Origin: Calcarisporiella thermophila CBS 279.70
Lineage: Eukaryota; Fungi; Calcarisporiellomycota
Direction of reading: 5' to 3'
Assembly (NCBI RefSeq): GCF_041956535.1
Contig: NW_027192209.1
Location: 322,092 to 386,091, forward strand
Length of the DNA stretch: 64,000 bases
Positions within the stretch are counted from its first letter, which is position 1. Every line of letters begins with the position of its first letter. Of the stretch, positions 63,735 through 64,000 are shown in pieces. The notes below the pieces were generated by a model. The model was not told the origin of the DNA. It worked only from the letters and a program-made list of their open reading frames with translations, and made no database searches. The position numbers and the translations under genes are program-made.

Positions 63735-64000
63735 ATTGCCCTTTGATCTTGATATACTAAATGATTTAGGGCGTGATCAAAGGAAAAAATATATCTCAAG
63801 CAAAATGTTTAAATGTTTCGTCATCACAGTGGCTCATTTTATGCCTGGTATGAAATCAGCGAAAGGACATTTTGTTTCAATGCCAAATTATGCATATAGG
63901 AATTACAGTGTTATGTAGATAACTCATTGTATGATTTCCAGTAAAAATAGCTAGCTCTTAAGCTTTCATATGAAAGGAGGCCCAAGGCTCACCATGATAA

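Overview
Eukaryotic, intron-rich, gene-dense fungal genomic DNA (about 27 protein-coding genes with short GT-AG introns). The gene set (P3A H+-ATPase type, alpha-tubulin retaining K40, FHIP, NirB/NirD-fused nitrite reductase) suggests an early-diverging fungus; this is inference. Most genes are housekeeping: FHIP, GUF1, alpha-tubulin, EngB, TOM7, PMA1, DRG2, CorA, RMD1, CDC24, RRP15, TSR4/PDCD2L, SF3B1. The most unusual element is a secreted Kex2-processed repeat protein (31048-33565, minus strand). It carries at least five Lys-Arg-delimited acidic peptide repeats of two classes, and a 788-nt assembly gap sits inside the array. Other notable items: an unclustered nitrite reductase with a GATA-rich promoter; a 7-intron erythromycin-esterase-family gene of bacterial type; two PTS1-bearing enzymes; a J-domain/multi-TM/Cys-string protein; and a 4-exon gene largely missed by the ORF track that encodes a putatively myristoylated EF-hand-like protein. 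GC content also rises strongly across the window. Exon boundaries were assigned by eye and no database searches were run.
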